A DNA stretch of 64,000 bases. Source: a virus. Both the position numbers and the translations under genes were made by a program. The stretch covers positions 32,001 through 96,000 of the IMG/VR virus record IMGVR_UViG_3300017917_003607. One strand, written 5' to 3'. The notes beneath the pieces are model-generated. The model was not told the origin of the DNA. It did no database searches and was given only the letters and a program-made list of their open reading frames with translations. Positions 1 to 10,700 of the stretch are shown in pieces (positions within the stretch are counted from its first letter, which is position 1; every line of letters begins with the position of its first letter).

Positions 1-81
1 CATAGGGGTTGAATCACCATAAGGTTTTGTGTTTTGTTCGTACTGTGCCAATACGGCATCAAATGTTGAATCTAGCATCAT
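1..81 (-). CDS. 5' end of a gene running off the window; possibly gp32-like ssDNA-binding protein
   Basis: Read manually: MMLDSTFDAVLAQYEQNTKPYGDSTPM..., open to the window edge and preceded by a promoter-like element. The DAVLAQYE start resembles SSB N-termini of related large phages (from memory). Confidence 0.45.
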   Translation of the reverse strand, partial: MMLDSTFDAVLAQYEQNTKPYGDSTPM

Positions 82-117
82 AATCTTTGTTCTTAAAACT
101 GTTATTTATTTATAACA

Positions 118-145
118 AGTATAACAAAGATTCTCAATAAATCAA
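118..145 (-). promoter_or_regulatory. sigma70-like early/middle promoter TTGATT-N16-TATACT
   Basis: Minus-strand TTTGATT...TGTTATACTTG; same layout as 36840-36867; also fits Bacteroidota TTTG-N19-TAnnTTTG with one mismatch. Confidence 0.55.
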
Positions 146-146
146 A

Positions 147-821
147 TTACTGTGCCAATCCTTGGTCAAAAGTTTTTCTGATTTCTCTATGGTCCACATC
201 TTCAACATCTTCAGGTGTTAAAATATACTCATTTTTTCCTGTCTTTTCCATGTCTTCACTTTTTTCACCAAAGAAATCAGTAAGTTTTTGATTGAAGGGG
301 TATGAATCTAAAGACCTTAGTTGTAACTTTTCTTCAGGTGTTTTAGTTCTATACTTTTCAATTTTTTCTTCAATGTTATTTATCTTTTCAAAGATACTAT
401 CCATTTGAGAAAGTTTTTGCTCTAAATCATCCAACTTGGACATCATTGAGGTCATATACTCCTCTTGTTTTGTTTCTACATTTTTTTGACTTTTTACCAA
501 TTCAGTAATATCTAACTCTTCCGTACCACTATCTTCTTCACTATTATCTTTTGGTTCATCGGTAGATTCTTCTTCATCACCCTTTATTTCTTCAACATCA
601 GGGTCATTAGCAACATCGATTGGTGCACCAGGTTCAGCCGCAGGTTCTGATGGTGGTGGAGTTGCACCTCCCAAAGTGGTATCACCAGGTAATGTTGGTG
701 TTACTTCTGCCTCATCCGCAGGAGGTTCTGCCGCTGGTGCGTCTTGCTCAACAATATATTTGTTAATTTGATTGTGTCTATTTAATTCTTCTAGTAGGGC
801 TTGTGAAACTGTTTTTTTCAT
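147..821 (-). CDS. hypothetical acidic/coiled-coil protein, possibly head-associated
   Basis: 224 aa ORF; N-terminal leader ending IVE, then a Pro/Glu/Asp-rich region and a coiled coil; in an operon behind a TATTTATA motif. Confidence 0.75.
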   Translation of the reverse strand: MKKTVSQALLEELNRHNQINKYIVEQDAPAAEPPADEAEVTPTLPGDTTLGGATPPPSEPAAEPGAPIDVANDPDVEEIKGDEEESTDEPKDNSEEDSGTEELDITELVKSQKNVETKQEEYMTSMMSKLDDLEQKLSQMDSIFEKINNIEEKIEKYRTKTPEEKLQLRSLDSYPFNQKLTDFFGEKSEDMEKTGKNEYILTPEDVEDVDHREIRKTFDQGLAQ

Positions 822-825
822 AATA

Positions 826-1053
826 TTAATCTTTTAGTAACGTTTTAACACCTGTTGGCGTTTCTACTTTTAATGTTCTATTCAATTTTTTAGTATTGTC
901 GACACGTTCAATAAGACCATCTTTCATTCTTACAGTGTAACAATCTCCAGTTTGAAGGTCGCAAACTTCTTTGTATCCATTACCTAAATCTTTTTCTGCG
1001 ATAACAACGTCTTTATTAAGATAGTTATCCAATAATGTTTTTAGAGTATTCAT
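826..1053 (-). CDS. hypothetical protein
   Basis: 75 aa ORF, 10 nt downstream of a TATTTATA motif. Confidence 0.75.
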   Translation of the reverse strand: MNTLKTLLDNYLNKDVVIAEKDLGNGYKEVCDLQTGDCYTVRMKDGLIERVDNTKKLNRTLKVETPTGVKTLLKD

Positions 1054-1063
1054 ATTTTTTATT

Positions 1064-1071
1064 TATAAATA
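1064..1071 (-). promoter_or_regulatory. putative late promoter TATTTATA
   Basis: Recurrent motif upstream of structural genes. Confidence 0.65.
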
Positions 1072-1089
1072 TTATGATTTTTCAATTTA

Positions 1090-4000
1090 TTACAAACCTA
1101 ATATAATTGCTTGTTCTATTGCCCAATCTAGTGTAGTTCTCCACCCTGAATAATTTTTATCTTTATCTAACGGATTAGAAGTTGAGACTGGCGGACCTGA
1201 AGTATACCAGTTTTCATAAAATACTTTAAGAAAAGCTTCAATTACATCACCTGTTTCATTTTTATTAATTTTATCAAAATCTATGGTTTTGTTTTTAAAA
1301 TATGAGGCAACCATGTTAATGTGTTCTCTTATTGTGTTAAAACTACCAAATGGTCTTGTTGTTCCATTTACTGTTTTTAAACATTTGAAGGCGTTAATGG
1401 TTCCTCTCATCGATACAAAATTATCAACATCTAAAATAACACCATATAAATTATTGTTTTTATAATTCAATGACTGTTGAATATTTGTTTCATACCCCTG
1501 TAAATAAATCATAGAGAATAAAAATCTTCTTGTTAGTATGTCCCTATCTGTTGTACCTACAACCGCATTTTTTATTTCCTCTACAAGAGCTTTTGGTTTT
1601 ATTGAACCTTGTCTGTCTTCAGTGTCAGCACTTAGTGACCCGTAACCCGCGTTAACATTATCTATACAATCTTGATTTGGTGAAAATTCCGTTCTCGCCA
1701 TAAAACCCAAATATGGAATTGTTCCTTGTAGTATGAATTTTTTTGCGTCATCCCCTGACAGATACTGATTTATGTTTTGGTCAAAAGTAACCAATGTATT
1801 GTTATCAACAAATTGTTTAACTTTATCTTCTAATTTTTTTGAAAAGTCCTCATTAACACTCGCCAAGTCATCAGATATTGTTGTATTTATGTTTGCCGAA
1901 ATTCTTTGACCTTCAAACTCCGTGTTGAAACTACCTGAACTTATATTGTGTTTTACATTTCTAATTACATAGGTCCCATTAAACATCGGCATATGTCTTA
2001 AAACAAAATACATAGTGGGTTGTATCATCATATTACCCAATGTTTTTACCGTACAGTTATATGAACGGTTTTTATAAAAATCAAACAAAGCTGTAGTCTG
2101 TTGCATTGTTTTTTTACCCGCACTTTGGTTACCCATATCTATAATCGTTTGAATTTGTTCGGAAGATGTTACACCTTGTTCTTGATTAATGTCTACCGAT
2201 TTAAAAACACTTTGGTCCATAGTCGCAAAATCGACAACAAAGCCAACCGCTTTATTGTTTGTGTTTTGGTTTGCTGGTTGTTGTGTTTGTCTTATAGGGT
2301 TGTTTGTTGGATTACCCAAATCAAAACTATCGTCCTTGAATGGGTAATTTGGGTCGTTATCTAATGATAATGTTTGGGATGGTCTGTCAATAAATTGACA
2401 CAAAAATTTAGGAGAAAATGAAGTTTCATCAACATAATTAAAGGTACCAAACACGTCATTCGCATTATTCACTATTACTTGCGGTTTATTTGACGATGCA
2501 CCATAAAAATTAATATATGCTGGCATTACAAAGAAGTTCATTCTATTATTAACCAAAACTTCTCTAATTAAACTCATAATTGATGTAGAAGCGTTGTCCC
2601 AATTACAGAATTTTCTAATTGTGTCAACATTAATAACTAAGTCATCACCTATGTCTCTATTTGCTCGGTCAAAAAATAAAAATTGGTCAAAAAGTAATTT
2701 ATTGTTAAAGTTTACACCTGAAACCCATTTGTCATTTATACTTTTAAACAATTCGTATTGTTCAAGTTTCACAACATCACCATTAAGTTTTGAATTATTA
2801 GATTCCGTTTCTACCGTTGGTATATTTTGTATTGAACCTAATTTTGGTCGCAATACATTTTCAATTTGTTGTCTTTTATTTTCTAACGGAATTAATATTT
2901 GCTCAGATATTGCCTTTTGAAATTTTTCTTTGTTATATCCGTTGTCTAATTTTTTTTGTGTTGCGTAAATTTTAATTAGTGGGGATAAATTTTTTATATT
3001 ATCAACTGTAAATGGTATATTGTTGTCGATAAAAAAATCGTATATTGTTGATGTTTGACCGTAGGATATTCCATCAATTGTTGAAAAACCAACATATTCA
3101 TATAGTGCTGCCCACTCGGATTTATATGAGTTTTTTGACGCTTGGAGTGTTAAAGTGGTTGACGGTAATTTGGGTTTTCCAGGGTCCAAATAATTACCAC
3201 CATAAAAGTTTTGGGGTACTTGAGGTGAGAATTTAGGGTTATTTGATATTACACCAAATTGGATTCTGTCAAACTTTTTTGGGTTACCTATTTTAAGATA
3301 AACATCTATATCTATAAATTTACTTATAACTTCTGTTAAGGTCGCAATTTGCGCGTCACCAATTTTTTTAGCATCTACATCTGCGGTTTTTATAATAAAC
3401 ATTTCTTTCAGTAAGTTTATTATGTTTTTGTACTTACTGTCCTGTTCTTCAGGTTTAAATATTTTTGATTCACCTTCTTCTTTGCAAAATTCTAAGAACT
3501 CGTACTCAAAAGTATCAAGCTGTTCTTTAGTGAACACGCCAAATAGGTCCTCAATAGAACTATAATTTTGACCAATATCAAAATCACTTTGTTGAGATTT
3601 TGAAGGTTCAACATATTTCATGTATTCATATGGTGTTGGTTTTCTAAGTTGTGTGTTATCAAACCATCCAAAATTAGGTGAGTTCCACAAAGCTCTAACA
3701 CTACCATTAAACATAGGTGTAGAAGAAATTAATTCTTGGTATGTGATATTATTGAAAGTGTTGTTTTCGTTTCTTATTTCAAAAAAACTTTGTTCAAATG
3801 GTAGGTATCCTGCCGAAGGAAACATCAACTTATAATCAACTTTTGACGGGTCAAAATATTTTTGATATGTTATACCAATATCCAAATAACTATAATATGA
3901 GTTCATTGGTCCACCAAATTTAACAGATGGACTCGTATTTGCCTGTATTTTTAGGTTAGTAAAAACTTCTGTTTCTAAATCAAAATTACCACCACCAGAA

Positions 4001-7000
4001 TATGATGAAAATAAATTTCTTTTTGTTAATAATTTGTAAAAACTATTAATAACCAAAGGATAAAATCCATTTTGTATATTATTACCATTACTCAATTGAT
4101 AATTCCTTGGTTTAGTATCCGTTGTTCCGTAAGGAATTTTATAAACCCTGTCTGTTTTAGAATTTTTTGGGTCGTAGGCCTTTCTATAATCAAAGTCTTT
4201 CCATATTGAATCCAGTATATCTACATTAGTGTTTACATATTTTTTGTACCTGTACCAAACTGACCCCATTTTTAATATCCAAGCGTAAGGTAATTTATGA
4301 ACTCCTGAAAATTTATTCAAACCTGCATATGTGAAATCTTTAAATGTATTATCCTTAGTTTCTAATAGTTTCTCATATAGCGTTGAGAGTGGCAATGAAT
4401 TAAGTAGGAGGTATCCTATTTTAGTATATGATTCGTTTGTTATTGTGTTTGCGGATGTTGCGTCAATAACCGCATTTACAAAGTAGGGTGTATTTAAAAT
4501 ACTTGTGGATTGAAATGTTCCAATGTTTTGGTCGGAGGCGTAGGTAACTAATCCTTCTGTGAAAAAATTATTTATTTGTCTTGAGGAATAAAAATTAACT
4601 ATAGTTTGATGACTTAAGTTATTTGTATCAGTAAATCCTTGTGTGGTTTGTGTACTTCTCGTGTATGGTCTAAGATTTTTTGTAGTAAAATTAGTAATCA
4701 CTAATTTTTTATCGTCAAAATCATACGTGTCTAATGTTTTATATCTATCGGACTCATTTGGTTTTTGAACCATTTTTTGACCAAAAGAATCTATTCTAAA
4801 AGGATATGTATCAAACAAAGAAACCTGTTTTGTTACATCTTCTTTTAAGAAGTTACCAATATTAGATAAACTTTCTAAACGAACAGGATTTGGACTTGAA
4901 GCAACAAATTCTTTTGGTGATAGGATTTGGAAGTTGTTTTCTACTAATTTTTTGATGTAGTCTTTAACAAAATTTTGTGATACAAAAGTTGTCCATAAAT
5001 TACCACCGTCACCATTCCCTTTTGTTTTATTTAACCAATCATATAAGCTTGGGGATTTTGAAACCTCATTAATTAAAACATCCCTAAGACTTCCTTGTGG
5101 ACTAGATTGTCTAATGTTTGAAATTTCAATATCATAAACGGTTGATTCAAGTTTGTTTCTTGTATTACCAAACATAAACAATCCCGAATAAAAAACGTTC
5201 ATGTATAATCTTTCATACATTTCATAAACATATTCTTCTGTTGGTTGTTGTTTGTAAACATTATCTTTTAATGGTAGTTCAATTGCGTGTTCTGGAGTAT
5301 ATTTTAGTGATATTGTTTGATTGGGTAATACATCACTATTAAATGTTTTGTCTTTATTTATAACACCCTTAAGATACTCCTCAACAAATTCTACCTCGGG
5401 CCAAATATTACCATCTATCGCCTTGGTAAAGTCTTTAACAGATTCGGCACCAGGATATGTTACCTCATATTGTGTTTTACCTTGTATTTCCTTTTTTTGT
5501 ACGAACTGTGGCCATGGATATACAAAATAATTAGGGTTGTTGATTGTGGTATTTTGTACTGAATTTTTACCTTCTTGGGATGGTGCGTCAGTTATTACCG
5601 ATTTCAATCTATTAATATCTTCTTTTTTTGTCCACGCTTTATCATGTACATCGGACATTAATTGGTAAAAAGCGTCAACAGATGCCATTAAAACACCAAT
5701 CACGTTTCTTACCGTTGGTCTAAAAGACAAATCTTGTACATTACCATTTGTTCTAATTTTTGACTTCAAAACATTGTTTAATCGGTCTACCTCTTCTTTT
5801 CTTTTTTGTTCTATTTGTGCCTTTATATTTTTTGTATTCGCAATTTGAAAATCAAGGGTATAATATAGTTCGTTTTTTTGAGCAACTGGTACTGTTTTTG
5901 CCGAAGATTCTTTTATTAATGCACCAATATTTTTTATTTCATTTATTTTTTCTGTTGACCACCTTTTGTAGTTTTCATCTGTGTTTGGATTTGTTACTTC
6001 AAACCCTGTATTATCAGTATAAGTTGCAGGTAAATTAATGTCCGATTCTGTGAATTTTAGTTTGAACTTATCAACAGTAAAATCGGAATCATTAATTGTT
6101 ATTTGTTTTGCAACGGAGCCAGGTACAGAACGAAATATTTTTAGGTTTCTTGAAAGTATTTCGTTTAGTTTTGTTTCCGCTCGTTCTTTTGGTGTTTTAT
6201 TCTCATCAACCTGTGATGTGTTTATTGTATTTGTTTTTAATGGATAAATCTTTTGTTTATTCAATTTATCGCTCAATATCAAAGGTACTTGGTAGTCTAA
6301 ATATTCCTGTCCCCATTCAACTAATTCATTACTAAATGTATTGATTGAGTCGTTATACCTGTCTAATGCAACAACATTTGAAAAGTCTAATTTTTCAAAT
6401 TCTCTATTTAAAAATTCGGTGTATCTTTTCAGTCTCTCGGACATTTCATTTATCGTCAGAACAGGAACATCTTTATCTATTAGTCCTTTACCATTACCAT
6501 AAAAATTTTTGTATTTTTCAAAAACTTGTTTAAGTTTAGAATATCCTTTAGATGTTGGTGTTACTGTTAGGTCTTGGGTTGTACCAGCACCTGTACTTTG
6601 TACCGTTGCGGTTGCGGTACTAGTAGTATTAGGTATTTGTGGGTTTGAAGTTGTATAAGTACTATACATGTGTGGAAGAGCATATAGATAACCTAATCTT
6701 ATGTCATCTAACATTGCACTTGTCCTTGATATAAATTTTAAATTAACTATGTAGTTTCCTGAACTAGCCTCAAAAGATGCCTGAAAATTTAACAACATTA
6801 ATTCATAGGTTATCGACTTACCATAAAACCCTTTAAGGGTAAGTCTAAACATCGGATAAGGGTAATATAAGAAAACAGAATATGGTGAGTTACCTCCCGT
6901 TTGGAACAAACTTCGTCCTTGAACATCAATTAGAGTCATTGTTACTGTTGGAACCCCATTAAACTGAACTTGTACATTAATATCTCGTATACCTAAAATT

Positions 7001-7398
7001 TGTGTGTCGACATAATTTGTTAGTTGTGGATTTTGTCCTTGATTAAATTTAATTTGATTTATTGTTCCACCTTGTGCGTTTCTAGCACCTGTAACTTCAT
7101 CAGTATAACTTGTATCAAAATAATTTTTATCTTTTGGTCTTAAAAAATTTAGTCGATTATCTATTGATGCAATACTAACCGTGTTTGAAACTCCTGTTTC
7201 TAAATCCTGACCTATTGCTAAACGTGTTCTTGGAACCACATCCGCTTCTAAATTGGCATACATAATTAGATTTTCCTGTTTGATAGTTCTAGGTTTTTTT
7301 ACACCTCGAGAATCTACCACAGCGTTTGGGTCAATCAAAACTATGTTAAAATCGTCCTCATAATAAATGTTTTCAATACCTGTTAAGTTATCTGCCAT
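1090..7398 (-). CDS. giant baseplate hub protein (gp27/gpD-like) with a C-terminal degenerate glucosaminidase/lysozyme-like region
   Basis: About 2102 aa from the likely start MADNL at 7398 (track start 7449 lies deep inside the upstream gene). C-terminal hub signature RSYNCTVKTLGNMMIQPTMYF...GTYVIRNVKHNIS; terminal NNLYGV...FGSFNTIREHI. Confidence 0.65.
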   Translation of the reverse strand: MADNLTGIENIYYEDDFNIVLIDPNAVVDSRGVKKPRTIKQENLIMYANLEADVVPRTRLAIGQDLETGVSNTVSIASIDNRLNFLRPKDKNYFDTSYTDEVTGARNAQGGTINQIKFNQGQNPQLTNYVDTQILGIRDINVQVQFNGVPTVTMTLIDVQGRSLFQTGGNSPYSVFLYYPYPMFRLTLKGFYGKSITYELMLLNFQASFEASSGNYIVNLKFISRTSAMLDDIRLGYLYALPHMYSTYTTSNPQIPNTTSTATATVQSTGAGTTQDLTVTPTSKGYSKLKQVFEKYKNFYGNGKGLIDKDVPVLTINEMSERLKRYTEFLNREFEKLDFSNVVALDRYNDSINTFSNELVEWGQEYLDYQVPLILSDKLNKQKIYPLKTNTINTSQVDENKTPKERAETKLNEILSRNLKIFRSVPGSVAKQITINDSDFTVDKFKLKFTESDINLPATYTDNTGFEVTNPNTDENYKRWSTEKINEIKNIGALIKESSAKTVPVAQKNELYYTLDFQIANTKNIKAQIEQKRKEEVDRLNNVLKSKIRTNGNVQDLSFRPTVRNVIGVLMASVDAFYQLMSDVHDKAWTKKEDINRLKSVITDAPSQEGKNSVQNTTINNPNYFVYPWPQFVQKKEIQGKTQYEVTYPGAESVKDFTKAIDGNIWPEVEFVEEYLKGVINKDKTFNSDVLPNQTISLKYTPEHAIELPLKDNVYKQQPTEEYVYEMYERLYMNVFYSGLFMFGNTRNKLESTVYDIEISNIRQSSPQGSLRDVLINEVSKSPSLYDWLNKTKGNGDGGNLWTTFVSQNFVKDYIKKLVENNFQILSPKEFVASSPNPVRLESLSNIGNFLKEDVTKQVSLFDTYPFRIDSFGQKMVQKPNESDRYKTLDTYDFDDKKLVITNFTTKNLRPYTRSTQTTQGFTDTNNLSHQTIVNFYSSRQINNFFTEGLVTYASDQNIGTFQSTSILNTPYFVNAVIDATSANTITNESYTKIGYLLLNSLPLSTLYEKLLETKDNTFKDFTYAGLNKFSGVHKLPYAWILKMGSVWYRYKKYVNTNVDILDSIWKDFDYRKAYDPKNSKTDRVYKIPYGTTDTKPRNYQLSNGNNIQNGFYPLVINSFYKLLTKRNLFSSYSGGGNFDLETEVFTNLKIQANTSPSVKFGGPMNSYYSYLDIGITYQKYFDPSKVDYKLMFPSAGYLPFEQSFFEIRNENNTFNNITYQELISSTPMFNGSVRALWNSPNFGWFDNTQLRKPTPYEYMKYVEPSKSQQSDFDIGQNYSSIEDLFGVFTKEQLDTFEYEFLEFCKEEGESKIFKPEEQDSKYKNIINLLKEMFIIKTADVDAKKIGDAQIATLTEVISKFIDIDVYLKIGNPKKFDRIQFGVISNNPKFSPQVPQNFYGGNYLDPGKPKLPSTTLTLQASKNSYKSEWAALYEYVGFSTIDGISYGQTSTIYDFFIDNNIPFTVDNIKNLSPLIKIYATQKKLDNGYNKEKFQKAISEQILIPLENKRQQIENVLRPKLGSIQNIPTVETESNNSKLNGDVVKLEQYELFKSINDKWVSGVNFNNKLLFDQFLFFDRANRDIGDDLVINVDTIRKFCNWDNASTSIMSLIREVLVNNRMNFFVMPAYINFYGASSNKPQVIVNNANDVFGTFNYVDETSFSPKFLCQFIDRPSQTLSLDNDPNYPFKDDSFDLGNPTNNPIRQTQQPANQNTNNKAVGFVVDFATMDQSVFKSVDINQEQGVTSSEQIQTIIDMGNQSAGKKTMQQTTALFDFYKNRSYNCTVKTLGNMMIQPTMYFVLRHMPMFNGTYVIRNVKHNISSGSFNTEFEGQRISANINTTISDDLASVNEDFSKKLEDKVKQFVDNNTLVTFDQNINQYLSGDDAKKFILQGTIPYLGFMARTEFSPNQDCIDNVNAGYGSLSADTEDRQGSIKPKALVEEIKNAVVGTTDRDILTRRFLFSMIYLQGYETNIQQSLNYKNNNLYGVILDVDNFVSMRGTINAFKCLKTVNGTTRPFGSFNTIREHINMVASYFKNKTIDFDKINKNETGDVIEAFLKVFYENWYTSGPPVSTSNPLDKDKNYSGWRTTLDWAIEQAIILGL

Positions 7399-7705
7399 AA
7401 TAATTGAATCTAGAAAGTACTGCATTATTATAGTCCTGTAATGATGCAATTAAAGGGAATGGTATTATAATTATTGAATTGTCAGGAATACCCCATTCTA
7501 AACCACCATATTCTGGATTAGCTTGTTGTATCAACCAACCGAAAAATGGAGAACCATAATATTCTTGACTTATCTTATCCAACCTACTCATACCCGCTTT
7601 GTATATGTACTTTATGTCTGTGGTTTTTCTTGGTAATACAAGTCCAGGAACAACGGTTTGTTCACCGTTTAATAAAAATTGATTATATCTATTGTAGTAT
7701 TCCAT
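7388..7705 (-). CDS. LysM-like / gp53-like baseplate protein
   Basis: RLDKISQEYYGSPFFGWLIQQANP is the typical tail-X/LysM/gp53 motif; lies in the baseplate operon. Confidence 0.75.
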   Translation of the reverse strand: MEYYNRYNQFLLNGEQTVVPGLVLPRKTTDIKYIYKAGMSRLDKISQEYYGSPFFGWLIQQANPEYGGLEWGIPDNSIIIIPFPLIASLQDYNNAVLSRFNYYGR

Positions 7706-10700
7706 TAGAATGTTACTTTACCGTTGAATGTGTTAGTGCTTGGGTCCGAATTTTGACTAGTGTACAAATCTTTGAGTCTTTGTATTTCTTGGTCAGTTGG
7801 TCCTGACTTAAGAGTAATGTTAACTTCTCTTTTGTCTTTTTCCATAGTGGCAATATTTTCTGGTTTAAAATTCTTAACCGCGTTTTGGCTCTTTGAGTCG
7901 GAGAACACTTTTTTCATTACTTTGTATTCGTTTAGCGTTTCTTTTTTTATTTTTTCTATTTCCCCTTTAACAAATTTTTCCCACGAAGATTTATTTTTTT
8001 GGTCAATTTTAACTATTAATGATTCTACAAAAGCGTCTGAATCATTTGCAATGTCTTTTCCAAAAACCAAATAAAACCTTTTGTCCGCAGGACTTGATTG
8101 AAACCCTGAACCTGGTAGTTGGTAACTTTGGTCGTCATTATAGTTATCGGAAATAATTGCGGTATTTTTTGTCTCACCATAAACAGGATTATTTAAAGAA
8201 GCGTAGAACGCATTTATTTTGTCTCCAAAACTCAACAAATCAACCCTCAAACCATCAACAGTACTTCCTGATGTATCATATATTTGTGCAACACCTTTGG
8301 TATCAACATAACCATCAGTATTCTGTAAGACATAATTTAGTTTGTCTATTTTTTTGGTCATGTTAAGTTGTAATGTACTTAAATCATTAGTAATTTGATT
8401 TAGTTTATTAGGGAAGTTAACCTTTTTTTCTCTTGTTAAGGTGGTCAAATTATTTTTAAATATGGTAAAATCTTGTTCTCTGAAAGTGTTAGTTGATAAA
8501 TTAAGTTGAGCGGCAGTTAAAATAGTCAGACTGTTTTCATCAATATTTTTTTGTAAACCGTCAAACAGTTGTGTTATTCTACCCTCATAAATTGATTTAC
8601 CAAATATTTGTACATCCTTTGCCGAACCACCAACTTCCCATTTGTTGATTTTCCCATCTATGTATTCTCTAGCTCCATTACTTGATTTTGTATATAACAT
8701 CAATATTCCATCGTTATACTCATCATGTACCTCTTTGAGTTTATTTTGTACACCCTCAACATACGATTCAAACGAACTTACAAATTCATTAAAGATAGGT
8801 TTGTAACTTAATAATGCTGTTGTTCCTGAATTTTCAAAAGCACCCTGTACTGACCCTATAGTTGTACCCGCATCATTTTGTAATGTTGAATTTGTGTTTA
8901 CGGTGTTTTCACCAGTATTTTCTGTCTGTTCAATAAATTCTTTATTGTATGCTGATAAAGTTGATGAATCAGTAGCTCTTTCATCGTACATTTCAGTATT
9001 GGCATAAAAATTAAATGAAAGTGCATTTTGTAATTCGTCAATTGGTCCACGTAGTCCTTGACCTCCAATAAACTTGAAGTTTATTGTAACACCGACAATC
9101 ATCGGTTGGACACCAATACCTTCAGGGTTTAAATCAAATTTACTGTCGTCGTAACTAAAACTAACCCCATCCAAAACTACTTTAGAGTGGAAGAAATCAC
9201 CTACTCTCAATATACAAACAGGGGGTGCTCCAAATGACGTGTTTCTTGCATCTTTGTCCACTAATGTGTTATCGGACTTTTTCGTAGGTATTGTATCACC
9301 AGGTCTTACACATTGATTTAAAAATGTTAATCTTTCATTCAACCCTTCAGGGGTCATAGAGTGAAAAGCTGGGTGAAAATATTTTAATTTTTCCCTCAAA
9401 GAATCGTATACAAATGGGTTTGTTTCTTTTACAAATTGGAAATAATCCGCTTCGGATAATAATTTTCTTATTACTTTTTTACTTATTTGTTCTTGAGTTA
9501 ATCCTTGTTGAGTAGTACTTGTTGGTGATACTAATCCTCTACCCGCGGCTAATATCCTATCAAATCTTGTTGGTTGACTTGTTGTTACACCTCCATTTGG
9601 ATTGTTAAGGTTGGGAATTGGGGTTTCAATAATGTCAGTAATTACGGCTCTTCTACACGCGACAGGACCAGTTCCATATGGTGAATTGTTTACTGTGTTA
9701 CAATCATATGCTGGCGATGTTAATGTTTCTAATGTTGAACCAACTAATTCATCAACAAAAGTAACCTTTGGGTTATTTTTTATTAAGTCTTTTATTGTTG
9801 ATTTTAAACATAGACTTCTGTTTTCTTGTACCTCTTGTCCTTCGTTATAACTTGAACCCCCTTTAATTTTTATTTGAATCTTCACATTGTTATTGGATTC
9901 TAATAAATTGGTAATACTTTGTGTAAAAGCGGTCAACACGTTTGTTGATTCGGCGATTTCGTTTTTTTGTGTGTCATTTATTAAATTATTATAACTATTT
10001 GAATTAATATAACTTTTGGTTAAGGACACATAGTCTGATTGTGCGGTTGGTAGGTTTTCATCAAAATAAAAAACAGAGTTTTTAAATTTAGTTAATTGGG
10101 GAGTATAAACTTGTTCTCCAACCGAGTTGTTGGAAGTCATTGAGCCACCAGCTCCGTCACCACCAGGTGTAAGTGTTGAGTTAACCGCGTCTTTTATTTT
10201 TTCTCTATTTCCCGAATTGTTAATTAAGTTTTGTAACTCAGCTAGTTCTGTTTGAGAAAAATTTGTATATCTTTTTGATAGTTCGTAAATGTCAAATTTA
10301 GTTAGTCCCGCAAAAAATGAATCCAATACTTGGTCTGCAACCTGATTTGATGCTGGGTTTGTTAAAACTTTATTTACCAAAACGTTCATAATTGATGGGT
10401 GGTCAACAACAATTTTAAAACTTATTTGTCCTGTTCTTTCAGTACTCTGATAAGTGTATATAGGTTCAGGTCTACCTAAGAAAGTATTTTTTTCCCACCC
10501 TGTTGAACTACTATCTGAAAAATTTAAATCATATGGTGGGAACCACATTATTCTACCACCGTTAGGTCCTTTTTCTGATTCAGGTAAATCGTTATATGTT
10601 ACACCAGCTCTTCTTGAGCTTCTCCATGCTAAATTCTCCAAAGACAACATGTATTTTTTCACTGAAGCCCCACCCAAGGTAGTTGACTCAGGACCCGATG

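Noticed and set aside
107-114. T4-orientation TATAAATA on the coding strand upstream of the first gene
   Set aside because: A single instance in a very AT-rich leader; all other upstream copies have the opposite orientation.
7399-7449. Track start of the 2119 aa ORF
   Set aside because: Lies well inside the upstream LysM-like gene; MADNL at 7398 gives a normal short overlap.
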